From Pyrinomonadaceae bacterium (GTDB lineage Bacteria; Acidobacteriota; Blastocatellia; Pyrinomonadales; Pyrinomonadaceae), in assembly GCA_035940695.1 (NCBI GenBank), contig DASZEQ010000029.1, forward strand, positions 106,548-170,547: DNA of 64,000 bases, written 5' to 3'. Position numbers and translations under genes: made by a program. This document shows, piece by piece, positions 8,790 to 17,971 of the stretch. Under the pieces are notes generated by a model. It saw nothing but the letters and a program-made list of their open reading frames with translations. It did no database searches and was not told where the DNA came from. How positions within the stretch are numbered: the stretch's first letter is position 1; each line of letters opens with the position of its first letter.

Positions 8790-10899
8790 CGCGGGCGGGG
8801 GTGACCGGGGTGTTTTTGGCGGGAAGGACGTAAGAGACGACGCAGTTTTTACCGCGACTCTTGGCGACGTAGAGCGCGTGGTCGGCTGCGCCGATAATGC
8901 CGGATGGGGTTTCGATCTTTGGCCCGAAAGCCGAGATGCCGATGCTGACCGTGATTGCACCGCGCGGCTGGCTCTCGCCGTGCGGGTACGAAGATTTCTC
9001 GACGCGGCTGCGGATGCGTTCGGCGATCACGAGGGCTTCCGTCGCGCTTGTCTGCGGCAGCAGGATGCTGAACTCTTCGCCGCCGTAACGCGAAGCCACG
9101 TCGGCCGAGCGCAGCGCGGACTTCAAACACTGCGCGGTGATCTCCAGCGCGAGGTCGCCCGCCTGATGGCCGTGGCGGTCGTTGTACTCCTTGAAATTAT
9201 CGATGTCGATCATCAAAAAGCTCATCGGGAAGCGATGGCGTTTTGAACGCTCGAACTCCTCGGCCAGACGTTCTTCGAGATAACGACGATTGAGCAGTCC
9301 CGTCAACGGGTCGGTGATGGAGAGCAACTGGAACTGCGTCGCCTTCTGATGCCAGCCCGCGCGGTCGAGCGCAAGCGCCATCTGCGGAGCCATCGACTCA
9401 AGCAGGTGCAGATCGATTTCGTCGTAAGGCTCGCCGCCCGCCTTGTCCGTCATGTTAATGACGCCGACTTTCCGCCCGCCCGTGATGATCGGGTAGCTGA
9501 TGAAAGAATCCGTCTTGTACTTGCGCTCGGCGGGCGCGCGGTGCAACTCGGTCGCCGTCAGGTCGCGCACGACGCGCGGGCGTCCGTCGAGCAATACCGC
9601 CCCCGACACGCTCTCGCCCACGCGCACGCGCGCGTCCTGCGTCACGTCGGCGCGCGGCCCGACCGCCGCTTTTACTTCGAGTTCGTTCGCCGCCTCGTCG
9701 AACAGCAGCAGCGAGCCGCGTTCCGAGCGCAGCAGTTCGGTCGAGTGGCGCAGGATCGCCGCGTAAGCTTCGGACGGTTCGACCTCGTTGATTTGCTGCG
9801 TGAATGTTTGCAGGTGATATGAGGCGCGCAAGTTGCGCTCCAACTCTTCGCGCAGGCGCAGCACTTCGAGCGGCATCGCGATCTCAAGACAAAATTCGTT
9901 CACGCCGCGCCGCTTCTCTTCCGGCAGTTTGGCGTCGCCCACGAGCAGCGCGCCCTTCAATTCGTCGCCGACGACGAGCGGGAAAAGCTCCGTCTCCTCG
10001 TCCTGAAACACGTACGACTGCCACGCGCCGCCCTCGACGCTTCCCGGCAAATTCTGCGGCTCGCCCTTCTTCCCTTTGCCGGATAAATCGGGCAGCTTGT
10101 TTTTGAATCTACCCATCGCGCACGCGGGCGCAAAGCCCTCTTTCGTTCGCAGCATGAGCGCGACGGACTTGATCTTGAATCGCTCGCTAAACCTTTTCAG
10201 CGCGGTCTCGCAAGCGACTTGCAGTTTTATGCCCGGCGGAAAATAAACGTCGCCCGCGCCCTTCTCGTAAGCGTTTCCTTCAACTTCGCCCGGCTGCGCC
10301 GACTGCTGCGCTGCTGCGCGCACATGCCCCCCGGCCGTCTGCCCTGCGGGTTCGACCGTCGTCGCCGTCACGCTTCGCACGCCCGCCTTGGAAGAAATTT
10401 CGGCCAGTTGCGCGGCCAGTTCGTCGAGGTTGTGACGCGCGGCGAAGATGACGTTGCGGAAAAGTTCGGTTGAGAGCAACTCGCGCAAGTCGCCCTTGCG
10501 AAAACGTTCGGCCAGTTCACGATAGTCCGCGCCCGACAAAAAAGCGCGACCGCCGATGACAGCGAGCGGGCGCGATGCATCCAGCCCGACGGGCATCGCG
10601 AAACAATGCAGCCCGGCGTGGCAGCGATAATGAGTCGCCTCGCCCGCTTCCTGCGCGCGTTGGAAAGCGACGCCGCAGTAGGGGTCGCAGAGGTGCGCGT
10701 GCGTCGTTGAGCTTTGTAGGGCGTGGCAGATGGAGTTGTTGTTTGAGATGGCGAGTTGCGGCGGTTGATGGCCGTCAACCAGAAGGATCGCCAGATCGGT
10801 CTCAGCCGCCACGGACGCCTGTAGACGCTCCCACTCAGGGAGCGCTTGCAGTTCTTCGTTCTGGAATTTCGCACGCTCGGCGGCGGCAATCTTTTCCAT
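8779..10899 (-). CDS. PocR-GAF-GGDEF diguanylate cyclase
   Basis: PocR-like Cys/His sensor motif (ICHALQ...HLCDPYC...YRCHAGLHCFAMPV), a central GAF region, and C-terminal RYGGEEF with the DxLTGL..NRR linker. Confidence 0.85.
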   Translation of the reverse strand: MEKIAAAERAKFQNEELQALPEWERLQASVAAETDLAILLVDGHQPPQLAISNNNSICHALQSSTTHAHLCDPYCGVAFQRAQEAGEATHYRCHAGLHCFAMPVGLDASRPLAVIGGRAFLSGADYRELAERFRKGDLRELLSTELFRNVIFAARHNLDELAAQLAEISSKAGVRSVTATTVEPAGQTAGGHVRAAAQQSAQPGEVEGNAYEKGAGDVYFPPGIKLQVACETALKRFSERFKIKSVALMLRTKEGFAPACAMGRFKNKLPDLSGKGKKGEPQNLPGSVEGGAWQSYVFQDEETELFPLVVGDELKGALLVGDAKLPEEKRRGVNEFCLEIAMPLEVLRLREELERNLRASYHLQTFTQQINEVEPSEAYAAILRHSTELLRSERGSLLLFDEAANELEVKAAVGPRADVTQDARVRVGESVSGAVLLDGRPRVVRDLTATELHRAPAERKYKTDSFISYPIITGGRKVGVINMTDKAGGEPYDEIDLHLLESMAPQMALALDRAGWHQKATQFQLLSITDPLTGLLNRRYLEERLAEEFERSKRHRFPMSFLMIDIDNFKEYNDRHGHQAGDLALEITAQCLKSALRSADVASRYGGEEFSILLPQTSATEALVIAERIRSRVEKSSYPHGESQPRGAITVSIGISAFGPKIETPSGIIGAADHALYVAKSRGKNCVVSYVLPAKNTPVTPARDVN

Positions 10900-11081
10900 G
10901 CTGAATCCGGTGGCGTTGGGATGTACCCGTTGCGTGGTTAAGGGGCGAGTCTGGGGAATGAAGTCCGGCGACGGAGGTTAATCGCGCGCCAGATCAGAAC
11001 CGGCGCGCGAGGCCGGGTTGCGCCGCCCTCACAGCAGTATAAGTGTCCCGCTGTCAAGAGACAAGACTATTCTACAGAAAG

Positions 11082-11103
11082 ATTTAACCGCGGCCGGTTA
11101 AAT
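11082..11103 (-). terminator. Putative intrinsic terminator after the ABC ATPase genes
   Basis: 9-bp stem atttaaccg/cggttaaat with a 4-nt loop, followed on the minus strand by ctttctgt. Confidence 0.5.
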
Positions 11104-11170
11104 CATCGCCCAAAGCGAGAGATGAAGTGTCTGCAATCTTTGTCTGTAAACGACGAATCGCACGCCTTTT

Positions 11171-12307
11171 TCACGAAGCGGCAACTTGTTCCGCATTTTT
11201 TAGACCGGGCGCGCCGTCGCGTTCGACTCGTTCAATGTCGGGCTGCTCCGGGCTGATGCGTATGCAGGCGGCGAAGTGGGCGGGTTTGATCTCGGCGAGC
11301 GCGGGCAGGACCTCGCGACAGGCCGCGACGGCATAGGGGCAGCGCGTGTGAAAACGGCAGCCCGCCGGAGGGTTGAGCGGCGACGGCACATCGCCCGCGA
11401 GCACGATGCGACGGCGCGCGGCCTCGCGCACGGGGTCGGGGAAAGGCACGGCCGAAATCAGTGCTCTCGTGTAGGGCATGAGCGGCTCGTGGTAGACGCT
11501 TTCGGCCGCGCCGACTTCGACGAGTTTGCCGAGATACATGACGGCGATGCGGTCAGAGAGGTGACGGATGGCGCGCAGGTCGTGAGAGATGAAGAGATAG
11601 GTGAGATTGCGTTCACGTCGCAGGCGTTCCAGCAAATTCATGATCTGCGCCTGAATGGAAACGTCGAGCGCGGAGATCGGTTCGTCGGCCACGATGAATT
11701 CCGGTCGGGCGGCGAGGGCGCGGGCGATGCCGATGCGCTGGCGTTGCCCGCCGGAAAATTCGCGCGGGTATCGTTTGACGTGACGCGCGCTCAAGCCCAC
11801 CGTCTCAAGCAACTCGCTCACCTGCCCGGCGCGTTCGCGTCCACGCGCGAGGCCGAAAGTCTCCAACGGCTCTGAGATGATCTGCCCGATGGTCATGCGC
11901 GGGTTGAGCGAGGCGTAAGGGTCTTGAAAGATCATCTGCATGTGCCGTCGCATCCGGCGCAACTCGTCCGACGATAACTGCGAGAGATCGCGACCGCGAA
12001 AATAGACCTGACCGCCCGTGTGCGGCGTGAGTCGGAGCAACGCGCGGCCGAGCGTTGACTTGCCGCAGCCCGATTCTCCCACCAGCCCCAACGACTCGCC
12101 CGTTTTGATCTCAAACGAAACGCCGTCAACCGCGCGCACGACGCGGCGGCTCCCGGCGTCGCCCCCGAATTTATCCCACACCGAGCCGGCGCTCGCATTG
12201 AAGTAGACTTCGAGACCGCGCGCCGCGACCAACGGTTCGCCCGTCGCGTCTGGCCGGGAAGGCGGCGACGGGTCAGAGCGTGCGTTGAGTGGGTCGGGCG
12301 TGCTCAT
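11171..12307 (-). CDS. Peptide/nickel-type ABC transporter ATP-binding protein (OppF/DppF-like)
   Basis: Walker [10 protein letters not shown], signature LSGGQRQR-like FSGGQRQR, Walker B FIVADEP, and the C-terminal oligopeptide-type extension with Cys residues. Confidence 0.9.
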   Translation of the reverse strand: MSTPDPLNARSDPSPPSRPDATGEPLVAARGLEVYFNASAGSVWDKFGGDAGSRRVVRAVDGVSFEIKTGESLGLVGESGCGKSTLGRALLRLTPHTGGQVYFRGRDLSQLSSDELRRMRRHMQMIFQDPYASLNPRMTIGQIISEPLETFGLARGRERAGQVSELLETVGLSARHVKRYPREFSGGQRQRIGIARALAARPEFIVADEPISALDVSIQAQIMNLLERLRRERNLTYLFISHDLRAIRHLSDRIAVMYLGKLVEVGAAESVYHEPLMPYTRALISAVPFPDPVREAARRRIVLAGDVPSPLNPPAGCRFHTRCPYAVAACREVLPALAEIKPAHFAACIRISPEQPDIERVERDGAPGLKNAEQVAAS

Positions 12308-13311
12308 GGTTTGCGTCCGTCGGGTTGCGTGTAAATTTCCGCCGCGAAGTGGCAGAGAGAAAAATGCTCGCGCGTGAGTTGGACGAAGGGCGGGAACTCT
12401 CTGCGGCAGACATCCTCGGCATGTTCGCAGCGCGGCGCGAAGGGGCAGCCCGCAGGCAGGCGCGCGACATCGGGCGGAAGCCCCGGAATCTGGTAGAGCG
12501 CGCCCCCTGCGGTTTCCGGGTCGGGCATCGAGCGCAGCAACGCCTTCGTGTAAGGGTTCGCGGGGCGGGCGAACAATTCCCGCGTCGGTGCTTGCTCGAA
12601 AACTTTTCCGGCGTACATCACGACGACGCGATCCGTCATGCCCGCAACCACGCCGAGGTCGTGCGTGATGAGGATGACGCTCAACTTCGTTTGATCTTTC
12701 AGGCTTCTAATGAGTTCGAGAATTTGCGCTTGAATGGTCACGTCGAGCGCGGTCGTCGGCTCGTCCGCGATCAGGAGTTCGGGACGGCAGGAGAGCGCCA
12801 TCGCGATCATCACGCGCTGCCGCATGCCGCCGGAAAACTCGTGCGGGTAATCGTCTGCGCGGCGCGGCGCATCGGGGATGCCGACGATTTCCAGCATGCG
12901 GACGGCGTGCTCGTGCGCCTCCCGTCTGGTGTGCCGCAGGTGCAGCCGCGTCAACTCGGACAACTGCGCGGAGATGCGCATGAAGGGGTTGAGCGAGGTC
13001 ATCGGGTCTTGAAAGATCATGCTGATGCGCTTGCCGCGAATTTGGCGCACGGCTTCGAGCGGCAGCGACAGAATATCCTGACCGCCAAATACGATCTCTC
13101 CGCGAACGATCTTCCCCGGAGGCGTGGCGATGAGACGCAGGAGCGAGAGACTGGTGACGGATTTTCCCGAACCCGATTCGCCGACGATCCCTAACGTTTC
13201 GCCTTGCCAGAGGTCGAAGCTCACGCCGTCAACCGCCTTCACAATTCCGTCTTCGCTCCCGAAATAGGTGCAGAGGTTTCTGACTGACAGGAGCGGTGCG
13301 GCTTGGCTCAT
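12304..13311 (-). CDS. Peptide/nickel-type ABC transporter ATP-binding protein (OppD/DppD-like)
   Basis: Walker [29 protein letters not shown]. 4-nt overlap with the downstream ATPase gene. Confidence 0.9.
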   Translation of the reverse strand: MSQAAPLLSVRNLCTYFGSEDGIVKAVDGVSFDLWQGETLGIVGESGSGKSVTSLSLLRLIATPPGKIVRGEIVFGGQDILSLPLEAVRQIRGKRISMIFQDPMTSLNPFMRISAQLSELTRLHLRHTRREAHEHAVRMLEIVGIPDAPRRADDYPHEFSGGMRQRVMIAMALSCRPELLIADEPTTALDVTIQAQILELIRSLKDQTKLSVILITHDLGVVAGMTDRVVVMYAGKVFEQAPTRELFARPANPYTKALLRSMPDPETAGGALYQIPGLPPDVARLPAGCPFAPRCEHAEDVCRREFPPFVQLTREHFSLCHFAAEIYTQPDGRKP

Positions 13312-13371
13312 CGAAATGTGTCTCTGTCGAATCGTGTAGGAGGCGTGCGGCGAAATCGTTTAACGACCGCC

Positions 13372-15279
13372 TCAGCGGTTGCTGACGATTCTGATGGCCG
13401 AATCGCGTTTCGGCGGTTGCCAGTTGGTGTCAATCCGCACGTGCTGGAGGGATGGTGCGTCGAGCAGGTTCGAGTCGAAGCCCGCAACGTAAGGTTTGAC
13501 GAGCGCATAAGAGGACGCGAAATAGATCGGGATCGCGGGCAATTCTTCGAGCGCCTGTTGCTCCGAAAGAATGAGCTTCGGCGCGTTTATTGTCGGCGGA
13601 GAATCGGGCGATGTGACGGCGGGCGTCGCGTCGCCGCGAGCGTCAGGGCGCGGCGTGGGTGCGGTGTTCGACTCCGCGCTCTCGCCGGTTTCGGAACTCG
13701 TCACGAAATTCAATCTCTCCGGGTCGAACATGGCGAGCATGTTGCTCTCCTCGTCAACCGTCTGCATGACCATACTGCGCCGCGCCACGTCGTAATCGCC
13801 GCTCTTGAGAGCCGCTTCGTACTCGTCCCAGTTGCGCAACACGATCTCGGTTTCCACGCCGAGCACGTTGCGCCACATCCCTGCGATGGCGGCGGCCACC
13901 GCACGGTGCTGCTCGTTGCGATTCACCAGCAGACGGATGCGCGGGAAATTGTTCCCTCCCCCGAAGCCCGCTTCGGCCAACAGACGACGCGCGGCGTCTG
14001 GGTCGAACGCCACGCCGTGATCTTTCGCCTCCGCGCGCTCTTGGCTTGCGTCTCCGGTCGTGGGTAAAAACTTGACGGCGGCATCGGTCGCGCCGCCGAG
14101 CGTGTCCGCGCTCAGACGTTGGCGATCAACGGCGAGGGATAATGCCTGCCGCACGCGCCGGTCGTTGAAGGGCGCGCGCGTGGTGTTGAAATCGTAGAAG
14201 GTCAACGCCCCGAAGGTGGCGCGGCGAAAATCTTTATAAGGCGTGAGCAGTTTCATCGCGAGCGGCTCGATGTTGGCGTTCGTCACGGCGTCAACTTCGC
14301 CCGCGCGATAGGCCGACAGGGCGGCCTCGGCGTCCGTCGCGGCGACGAAACGGACGCGCTCAAGCGCGACGATCTTCGCGTTCCAATAACTGTCCGCGCG
14401 TTCGAGCACAACGCCGTCGGCGGCCTGCGCGCTCAAATTGAATGCCCCGTTTGAGATGATCGGCGTGTCCGACTCCGGCCGTGCCGCTGCTTCGCTCGCG
14501 CGTTGTTCCTCGTCCGGATTAACCGTCTCTGCCCGTGCATCATCCTTCGCGTTATGCACGGGGCGAAATACCGGATGGGCGACGAGCGCGGGGAAATTTT
14601 TATCCGGCCTTTGCAAGCGCACTTTCAAAGTGTAGTCGTCGAGAGCTTCGACGCCGAGTTCGACCTGCGCCGGAGCGGGACTGGCCTCCGGCAAGGCAAC
14701 CTGCGCGGCCTCGTTTGCCGCGACCTCGTCTCTTCTCGCGGGCGGCGTCGGCGTGAGAAGCGGCCGGGGCGGCGTCGCATTAACCTGCGCGCCTTCGAGG
14801 TTGGCTAAAAGCTTCGCGTGCGGCGCGCGTTCCCCGAGTTGCAGCGTGCGTCGCCATGAACGCACGAAGTCGTGCGCCGTCACGGGTTCGCCGTTCGACC
14901 AGCGCGCGTCGTGCCGTAGATGAAAAGTCCACTCCCGGTCTGCGGCGGCCGACTCCCAACGAATCGCCACGCCCGAAACAGGCTTCAGCGTCCGCGCATC
15001 GTATTCCGTCAAGCCTTCAAACATCGCACGCACAACGTCCGTGTCGGGCGGGGCGGCCGCAAGCGCGGGGTCGAAGATTTGCGGCAGCCCTCCGTCGCTC
15101 CAGCGAAACTCCTGCCGCACCGGCACGCTGACGCGGCCGTAATACGTGTCGCCTTCGTCACTCGAAAAGCAACCGCCGCTCGCGACCGTCAGGCTGAGGG
15201 CGAGACACACGGCCAGCCTCGCACGCCAGCGCGCCGCGCGAAAACGAACAGTAGCCCTGTGTCGCTTCTGCTTCATCAA
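13372..15279 (-). CDS. ABC transporter substrate-binding lipoprotein, family 5 (peptide/nickel)
   Basis: Signal peptide with a lipobox-like ASGGC. SBP_bac_5-like length and motifs. Overlaps the coaE stop by 4 nt. Confidence 0.85.
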   Translation of the reverse strand: MMKQKRHRATVRFRAARWRARLAVCLALSLTVASGGCFSSDEGDTYYGRVSVPVRQEFRWSDGGLPQIFDPALAAAPPDTDVVRAMFEGLTEYDARTLKPVSGVAIRWESAAADREWTFHLRHDARWSNGEPVTAHDFVRSWRRTLQLGERAPHAKLLANLEGAQVNATPPRPLLTPTPPARRDEVAANEAAQVALPEASPAPAQVELGVEALDDYTLKVRLQRPDKNFPALVAHPVFRPVHNAKDDARAETVNPDEEQRASEAAARPESDTPIISNGAFNLSAQAADGVVLERADSYWNAKIVALERVRFVAATDAEAALSAYRAGEVDAVTNANIEPLAMKLLTPYKDFRRATFGALTFYDFNTTRAPFNDRRVRQALSLAVDRQRLSADTLGGATDAAVKFLPTTGDASQERAEAKDHGVAFDPDAARRLLAEAGFGGGNNFPRIRLLVNRNEQHRAVAAAIAGMWRNVLGVETEIVLRNWDEYEAALKSGDYDVARRSMVMQTVDEESNMLAMFDPERLNFVTSSETGESAESNTAPTPRPDARGDATPAVTSPDSPPTINAPKLILSEQQALEELPAIPIYFASSYALVKPYVAGFDSNLLDAPSLQHVRIDTNWQPPKRDSAIRIVSNR

Positions 15280-15905
15280 TCCTTCAAAGGACTTTGCTTC
15301 ACGTTTGCCAGTGCCTTCAGATGCTCGTAAACCGCGCCCGCCTGCTCTCGCGTCTCCGCGAAACCGCCGGAAGTGTCGATCAGGTAATCCGCGAAACTCT
15401 TTTTCTCATCTTGCGGCATCTGCGCTGCGATGCGTCGCAAGGCTTCGGCGGTCGTCAGCCCGTCGCGCTTCATCAAACGTTCGAGTTGCAATTCCGGGCG
15501 ACACCACACGACGATCAACTTATCAAACCGCTTGTAACTGCCCGTCTCGATCATCAAAGCGGCATCCACGATGCCGACGCCCCGCGGGTCTTGCGCTTCA
15601 CGATGCCGCAACCAGCCGTCCTGCGCTTCTATGATCAACGGGTGAAGAATCGAATTCAAGTGCGCCCGCTTCGTCTCGTCGCTAAAGACTATCGCACCGA
15701 GTTTCGCGCGATCAAGTGTGCCGTCAGGCTGTAACACTCCCGCGCCGAAAGCATCCACGATGGCGCGCAAGCCCACGCTGCCCGGCAAAACGACCTCGCG
15801 CGCCGTCCGGTCGGCGTCCAGCACATGACATCCTAACCCTTCGAGCACGGACGAGACGAAAGACTTGCCGACCGCAATCGATCCTGTGAGTCCGGCGCGC
15901 AGCAT
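15276..15905 (-). CDS. coaE: Dephospho-CoA kinase
   Basis: N-terminal GLTGSIAVGKS P-loop. Typical CoaE length and motifs. Confidence 0.9.
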   Translation of the reverse strand: MLRAGLTGSIAVGKSFVSSVLEGLGCHVLDADRTAREVVLPGSVGLRAIVDAFGAGVLQPDGTLDRAKLGAIVFSDETKRAHLNSILHPLIIEAQDGWLRHREAQDPRGVGIVDAALMIETGSYKRFDKLIVVWCRPELQLERLMKRDGLTTAEALRRIAAQMPQDEKKSFADYLIDTSGGFAETREQAGAVYEHLKALANVKQSPLKD

Positions 15906-15914
15906 CGACGTGCT

Positions 15915-16868
15915 TCAAGACAGCCCGCGCCGCCGACGCGCCGCCGTCAGAGTGTTTCGCATGAGCAACGCCACGGTCAGCGGCCCGATTCCGCCCGGAA
16001 CGGGCGTCAGGCTGCCCGCCACCTTCTCCACTTCCGACGGGTAAACGTCGCCCACGAGAGTAAACCCGCGCTTGCCGATAACTTCGATCCGTGCGGCTGC
16101 GTTCTCGCCGAAAAAGTCTCCTGCGGTCTCGGCGTCAGTGAATTTGTTCATGCCGACATCAATCACCGTCGCCCCCGGCTTCACATGCTCCGCGCGAATC
16201 AGGCCGATGCGCCCGACCGCCGCGACGAGAATGTCGGCCTCTCTCGTTAGAGACGCCAGTTCATTCGTCCGCGAATGGCAGATGGTGACGGTCGCGTCGT
16301 GTTGCAGCAAGAGTTGCGCGAGCGGGCGACCGACGGTGTGGCTGCGGCCGACGATGCAGGCATGCTGCCCGCTAATTTCGACGCCCTCGCGCATAAGCAA
16401 TTCGATGATCCCGGCGGGCGTGCAGGGTGCTAAGCCAGTGCGGCCGAGCGTCAGACGACCGATGTTGAGCGGGTGAAAACCGTCAACGTCTTTCGCCGGA
16501 TCAATCGCTTCGATCACGCGCACCTCGTCCACGCCACGCGGCAGCGGCAACTGGACGAGTATGCCGTCAACGTCGTCGCGCGCGTTCAGCGTCTCGACCT
16601 CGGCCAGCAGTTCCTCCGTCGTCGTCTCTTCGGGCAGTTCGTGGTGCTCGGAGCGCAGCCCCACCGTTTCGCAGGTGCGTACCTTGTTACGCACGTAGAC
16701 GGCCGACGCGGGATCATTCCCGACGCGCACCGCCACGAGACACGGAACATATCCGTGCTCGTCTTTCAAACGCGCCGCCTCAACGCTCACTTCACGTTTG
16801 ATCTCTTCGGCCACACGCGCCCCGTCAAGAACTTTCGCGCGCCGCTTCTCTTCATTCATGATCGACAT
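15915..16868 (-). CDS. folD: Bifunctional methylene-THF dehydrogenase / methenyl-THF cyclohydrolase
   Basis: FolD motifs (YVRNK, VQLPLP, DVDGFHP, GRSHTVGRP, PGGIGPLT). Start taken at the internal MSIMNEEK; the track ORF extends to 16925. Confidence 0.92.
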   Translation of the reverse strand: MSIMNEEKRRAKVLDGARVAEEIKREVSVEAARLKDEHGYVPCLVAVRVGNDPASAVYVRNKVRTCETVGLRSEHHELPEETTTEELLAEVETLNARDDVDGILVQLPLPRGVDEVRVIEAIDPAKDVDGFHPLNIGRLTLGRTGLAPCTPAGIIELLMREGVEISGQHACIVGRSHTVGRPLAQLLLQHDATVTICHSRTNELASLTREADILVAAVGRIGLIRAEHVKPGATVIDVGMNKFTDAETAGDFFGENAAARIEVIGKRGFTLVGDVYPSEVEKVAGSLTPVPGGIGPLTVALLMRNTLTAARRRRGLS

Positions 16869-16999
16869 AGTAAGGTGAAAAGTTCGACGCATCCTATCAT
16901 ATTTTATCCACACTCGATCACGCACGGCGACGCGGCGCGTGCCATTAACTTTTCAATTATTCGAGCCGCTCCCGAAACTCAACACGCGCACAAACGCAA

Positions 17000-17035
17000 C
17001 AGGCTCGCGAGTAGTTTGCACTACCCGCGAGCCTG
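17000..17035 (-). terminator. Putative terminator downstream of the response-regulator gene
   Basis: 10-bp perfect stem caggctcgcg/cgcgagcctg, followed on the minus strand by ttgcgtttgtg. Confidence 0.5.
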
Positions 17036-17162
17036 TCGCGTTTACGCGGCCTTCTTTATTAATGCCGGTGAGGGAACAATTAAATGCGTAAATTTACTGC
17101 CGGAAATTTCTCCACACGCGCGAAGCCTTTAGCCCGTGCGCCGTCGCCACATGCTCCGCGAT

Positions 17163-17702
17163 TCAACGGCCACTGTTACCGGCCAACCTCTGCAACTCGC
17201 CGGTGTCGCTTCCGTTTCCGTTTTTCAAGTCCAGCAGCGAGTTGCAAGTTGTAATCAGGTCTTTCAACCCGGTCGGCTTCTTCAAAAAAGCATCTGCGCC
17301 CGCCGCCAAAGCGTCGTCGTGTTGCAAGCTGCCCGTGAACATGATGATCGGGATGCGCCGGCGGTGAGCCATCTGACGCGCCCGATGTACTAACGACAGG
17401 CCGCTTTCACCCGGCAGTTGCGCGTCCAGAATGATCAGATCATAGTGCTCGTCGCTTTCGAGTTTTTTCAGCGCCGCTGAGCCGTCGCGACAAATATCAA
17501 CTTGCCAACTTTCGAGTTCCAACAACTGCTTGACTGTGAAAAGGACTAAATCATAGTCCTCAGCGTATAGAATTCTGGTCTGCTGCAAATTAAAGCACCT
17601 TCCTTCTTCCTCGGTGAGGCTGGTAAGAAGAGTATGCAAGCCACGTCGGATGAAGACCGAAACTTGCCTCGACTGCACGCGTAGCAACAACTGTTCCTTC
17701 AA
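17163..17702 (-). CDS. Stand-alone response-regulator receiver domain protein (CheY-like)
   Basis: Receiver motifs: acidic pair (YAEDYD), phospho-acceptor context (DLIILDAQLPGESG) and conserved Lys (FLKKP). No output domain. The true start is uncertain (TTG in the track). Confidence 0.8.
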   Translation of the reverse strand: MKEQLLLRVQSRQVSVFIRRGLHTLLTSLTEEEGRCFNLQQTRILYAEDYDLVLFTVKQLLELESWQVDICRDGSAALKKLESDEHYDLIILDAQLPGESGLSLVHRARQMAHRRRIPIIMFTGSLQHDDALAAGADAFLKKPTGLKDLITTCNSLLDLKNGNGSDTGELQRLAGNSGR

Positions 17703-17971
17703 GTCGCCATTCTTATCCTAAACAACTTGTCAGTTGATTTAACCGGCGATTTACAGTGATTTGGTGCGGGATTGTGGGCGGGTTCGGGCGGGGTGCGAGT
17801 TTGCGTGGCCGGGGAGATATTTTGAGTTGGTAATAATTTACACGGCGCGCGAGGGCGTCGTCCGTGTAACGACGCCTAGCAGGACGTTTAACTTCATTTG
17901 AAAGATACCTTGCGAAGCGTACGGATTCCGTCGCGGGGTTTTTCCCGAAAGCGTGAACCCGCCGGGCGGCG

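Noticed and set aside
17761-17777. Sigma-54 promoter-like strings: ttggtgcgggattgtgg at 17761-17777, and aaggtgatatgatgcg at 20334-20349.
   Set aside because: The GG-to-GC spacing is off by one, and the -12 element is TGT or misplaced relative to TGGCAC-N5-TTGC. They are not convincing without a PWM scan.
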